A stretch of 64,000 bases of DNA, taken from assembly GCA_963817915.1 (NCBI GenBank), contig CAWFQL010000016.1:288001-352000 (forward strand), given 5' to 3'. This document shows, in pieces, positions 61,323-64,000 of this stretch (position 1 is the first letter of the stretch; each line of letters opens with the position of its first letter). The notes beneath the pieces are model-generated. The model made no database searches. It saw only the letters and a program-made list of their open reading frames with translations, and was not told the origin of the DNA. This DNA comes from an uncultured candidate division Zixibacteria bacterium. GTDB lineage: Bacteria; Zixibacteria; MSB-5A5; UBA10806. A program made the translations under genes and the position numbers.

Positions 61323-64000
61323 TTAACGCAATAAGGTCATTGATTTCGAGGTTCTCGCATAGTCAGTTGAAAGAATATAATAATATACTCCTGAGGCGAC
61401 TCCTATACCGCTGGAATTGTTTCCGTCCCACATAACCTTATGTTCGCCGGCAGTGAGGTTTTCTGAAATTAGAGTTTTTACTAATTGTCCTCCAATATTA
61501 TAGATTTTCAAGTTGGCGAATCCGTCTGCCGGAAGGCTAAATGAAATCTCAGTTGTCGGATTGAATGGATTGGGGTAGTTTTGCGAAAGCGATAACTCTT
61601 GCGGCAGTTCAATCTGACTAACTTCCCTTCTTTCGTAGCCAGGTAATGGATCTAATGATAACGGGTTGGCATAATTAATATCGCCAGCAATTTGAGATGG
61701 GTTGGGAAGATATTCCCCCCACCAATTTCCCTGAGCATTCAGCTGCGTTAGAGGAATACCGGTCAATTGCATATCGTAGTATGGAAGCATATGATTATCC
61801 GAATCTATCGAATTGTTACCCGGTGAAATCGCGGTCCCAAAATCGGGAAGCACTGGATAACCGCCAAGTCTATCAACAAGTACCCCCTGAAGTAAATTCT
61901 CCTTAATCTTAGCGTCTCTTACATAGGGAGCGCTTTTCTTATCACAGAAGATTCCTACATTGCTCCAATTAAAAACATTCGGAGTTCCTGAAATCGAGGC
62001 AATTATTCTTGGAGAAGCGCCCTGAAGATAAAGGCCGTAACTCTGATTATGCTTTACCTTATTTCCCGTTAGCACACAATGTGAATCAACCAATGCAATG
62101 TACATGCCAGCACTAAATCCGGTTATAGAATCGTAATTAATGGTCGGGGCAGGCAGCAAGGTAGCGGATGGAGTGTTTACATAAATACCATTGCCGCTTC
62201 CCGGGAATATTGTTTTGCGAATCACACAACTTGAAATATCTGGTCTCTTGGTAAAGGTACTATTGCTATTTCCTACATACCAGATTCCGTTAGTGCAGTT
62301 GAGAATGGTATCACCGTAAATCACTATGGCCGGGTCGCTCACTTGGATGTCTTTTCTAACCCGTATTCCGTAATCTCCACATCTTTCGAAATAACAATTG
62401 GTAATTTGAGTGGCGGTGCCATGAGATGGGTACGCCAAGTCAATTCCGGCATATTTATGGTACATAAATCTGCAATCTCTGAAATCCATAGACTGCGGCC
62501 TGAGGGTATAATATTCAATGCCGTTAAAGCCGATTTCCCCGTAACTGACTACCGTATGAGTCATTGAGACTATATTTGTTGCGTACTTTGTCTGTATGCC
62601 CAGCCAATCTCCCGCGGCAGGCGAAGCATATTGGGATGTGAAAACCACCGGCTGTTCCGCGGTTCCATTGCTGGTAAAGCCAGTGTTTGGCCCCAAAAGG
62701 AATTTCGCAGGCAAATTCGTCCGCCAGGTTTTATGGAAATAAACATGCGTTCCCGCATTGACTTGCAAATTTAAGGAACTCAATGTTATATCGCCGGAAA
62801 TATAATAATCTCCGTGCACATTTCTATCCCAAACCATGTCATGATCGGCAAACGCGCCCTGTTCAACGATCGTGATCTTTTGATTGGTGGCGACATGTTC
62901 AAAAATGCTGGTATCACCGGCGGGCCAATAAACAAGGACAGAGTCAATGTAGTTAACCTCCCCAACACCGAATTCGATCGGCAGACTACCCTGTGAACGA
63001 TATCCGGTTCCGCCGCCGGAAACTTCGGCCATTTGCTGGGTCCAACTGCCGCCGCTTTGGTATTTCAAGACTACGTGAGATCCAATGCCGCTTTGATTCG
63101 ACGATGTACCGATTAACCTAACGTCGAAATATCTATTCAGGGGCGCTTCTGCAAATATATTTCTATAGAGCTTGTTTAGGTTTTGAGGATCGCCTCCTGT
63201 AGCATTTCCCAAAAATAGATCGGGTTTGCCGTCATTATTGTAATCAGCCCATTCGGTGGAATAGCTCGACGCATAGTCACCAACACCTGCAAATTCGGTT
63301 CTATCCAAAAAGCCGTTGAATCCTTCGCGATGCATATTTCGGTAGAATCGATCTGGAACTGTTGGAGCGCCTGGCGTATTAATTATCATCACATCGAAAT
63401 CCCCGTCAAGATCGAAATCTCCCCAGGCGGCTCCATAGCCACCATAGTCCTCTAATCCTTCGTAGCTAATTACAAAAGAGCCCCCCATATTACGATAAAG
63501 GTAATTTGCTCCGTTTGCTGTAATAAGTAGATCCAGCAGGCCGTCATAATTATAATCACAAAAAGAGGCGCTTCTGCAGTCCACGCCGTATAATTGAACT
63601 CCCCAAGCTGGCGGCTTCTTCGGTAAAAAGCCAAAACGCACCTGTTTCCTTAAGCTGGTTGACGTAAAGCTTATTACCGCCTGTTGAATTGGTCACAATA
63701 ATGTCCAGGTCACCATCATTATCTATATCCCCGGCCGCGACCCCCTGAGCATTATTATAATCTCTTGGAACGCAAGGCTGATCTATAAAACCGTTTCCAG
63801 TATTTTTAAACATTTTGCAGAGTATAGTGCCCCAGCCATTGACCACGTATAAATCAAGCAGGCCGTCGTTGTCAAAATCACCCCAAACGGCGCCTCTGCC
63901 AGGCCCCATATCGCCGACAACATTTCCGTAGACAGATTCGAATGCGTAATTGCCATCAGGACCAAGATTGTGGTACAATACATTAGCCGAGCCGTTTGTA
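61323..64000 (-). CDS. Large secreted protein: FG-GAP/VCBS repeats, ASPIC/UnbV, right-handed beta-helix, FlgD/T9SS-like CTD; frameshift at ~63602; begins beyond the window
   Basis: WGDFDNDGLLDLYV repeats, GYRSQGSLPIEFGVG, NYPNPFNP...GVYYY; removing one G joins AASLGVQLYG. Confidence 0.82.

Overview
Ordinary bacterial chromosomal window with no prophage, integrase, transposase or CRISPR array. Dockerin-like and T9SS/FlgD-type C-terminal domains suggest an FCB-associated lineage such as Ca. Zixibacteria (inference). Recognisable modules: a group 3b NiFe-hydrogenase operon, an RsbV/W/U partner switch, ispE-spoVG, bipA with a DEAD-box helicase, an ATPase-less metal-uptake cluster headed by a CxxC/RAPP (DUF2946/CruR-like) leader ORF, a TetR-TolC-MFP-RND pump with two matching operators, ribA, an Rrf2-apbC-nfu Fe-S cluster divergent from rex (perfect Rex box), a complete kdpFABCDE locus and several large secreted repeat proteins. 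The most striking structure is at 45683-46798. An intact initiator tRNA-Met is followed by three tandem 322-bp units, each an 84-aa GIY-YIG nuclease gene whose last codons and stop are a copy of the tRNA D-arm/anticodon sequence, then the tRNA 3' end. Every partial tRNA copy, including a separate upstream 5'-half copy, has a short segment replaced by the same 15-bp palindrome TCCGCC-N3-GGCGGA. Other points: a mixed REP/RPE-like palindrome cluster whose direct repeat brackets three genes and abuts a truncated ORF6N gene, two small genes missing from the ORF track (a zinc-finger microprotein and kdpF), and three frameshifts that are all +1 G at a GGA Gly codon (probably assembly error).
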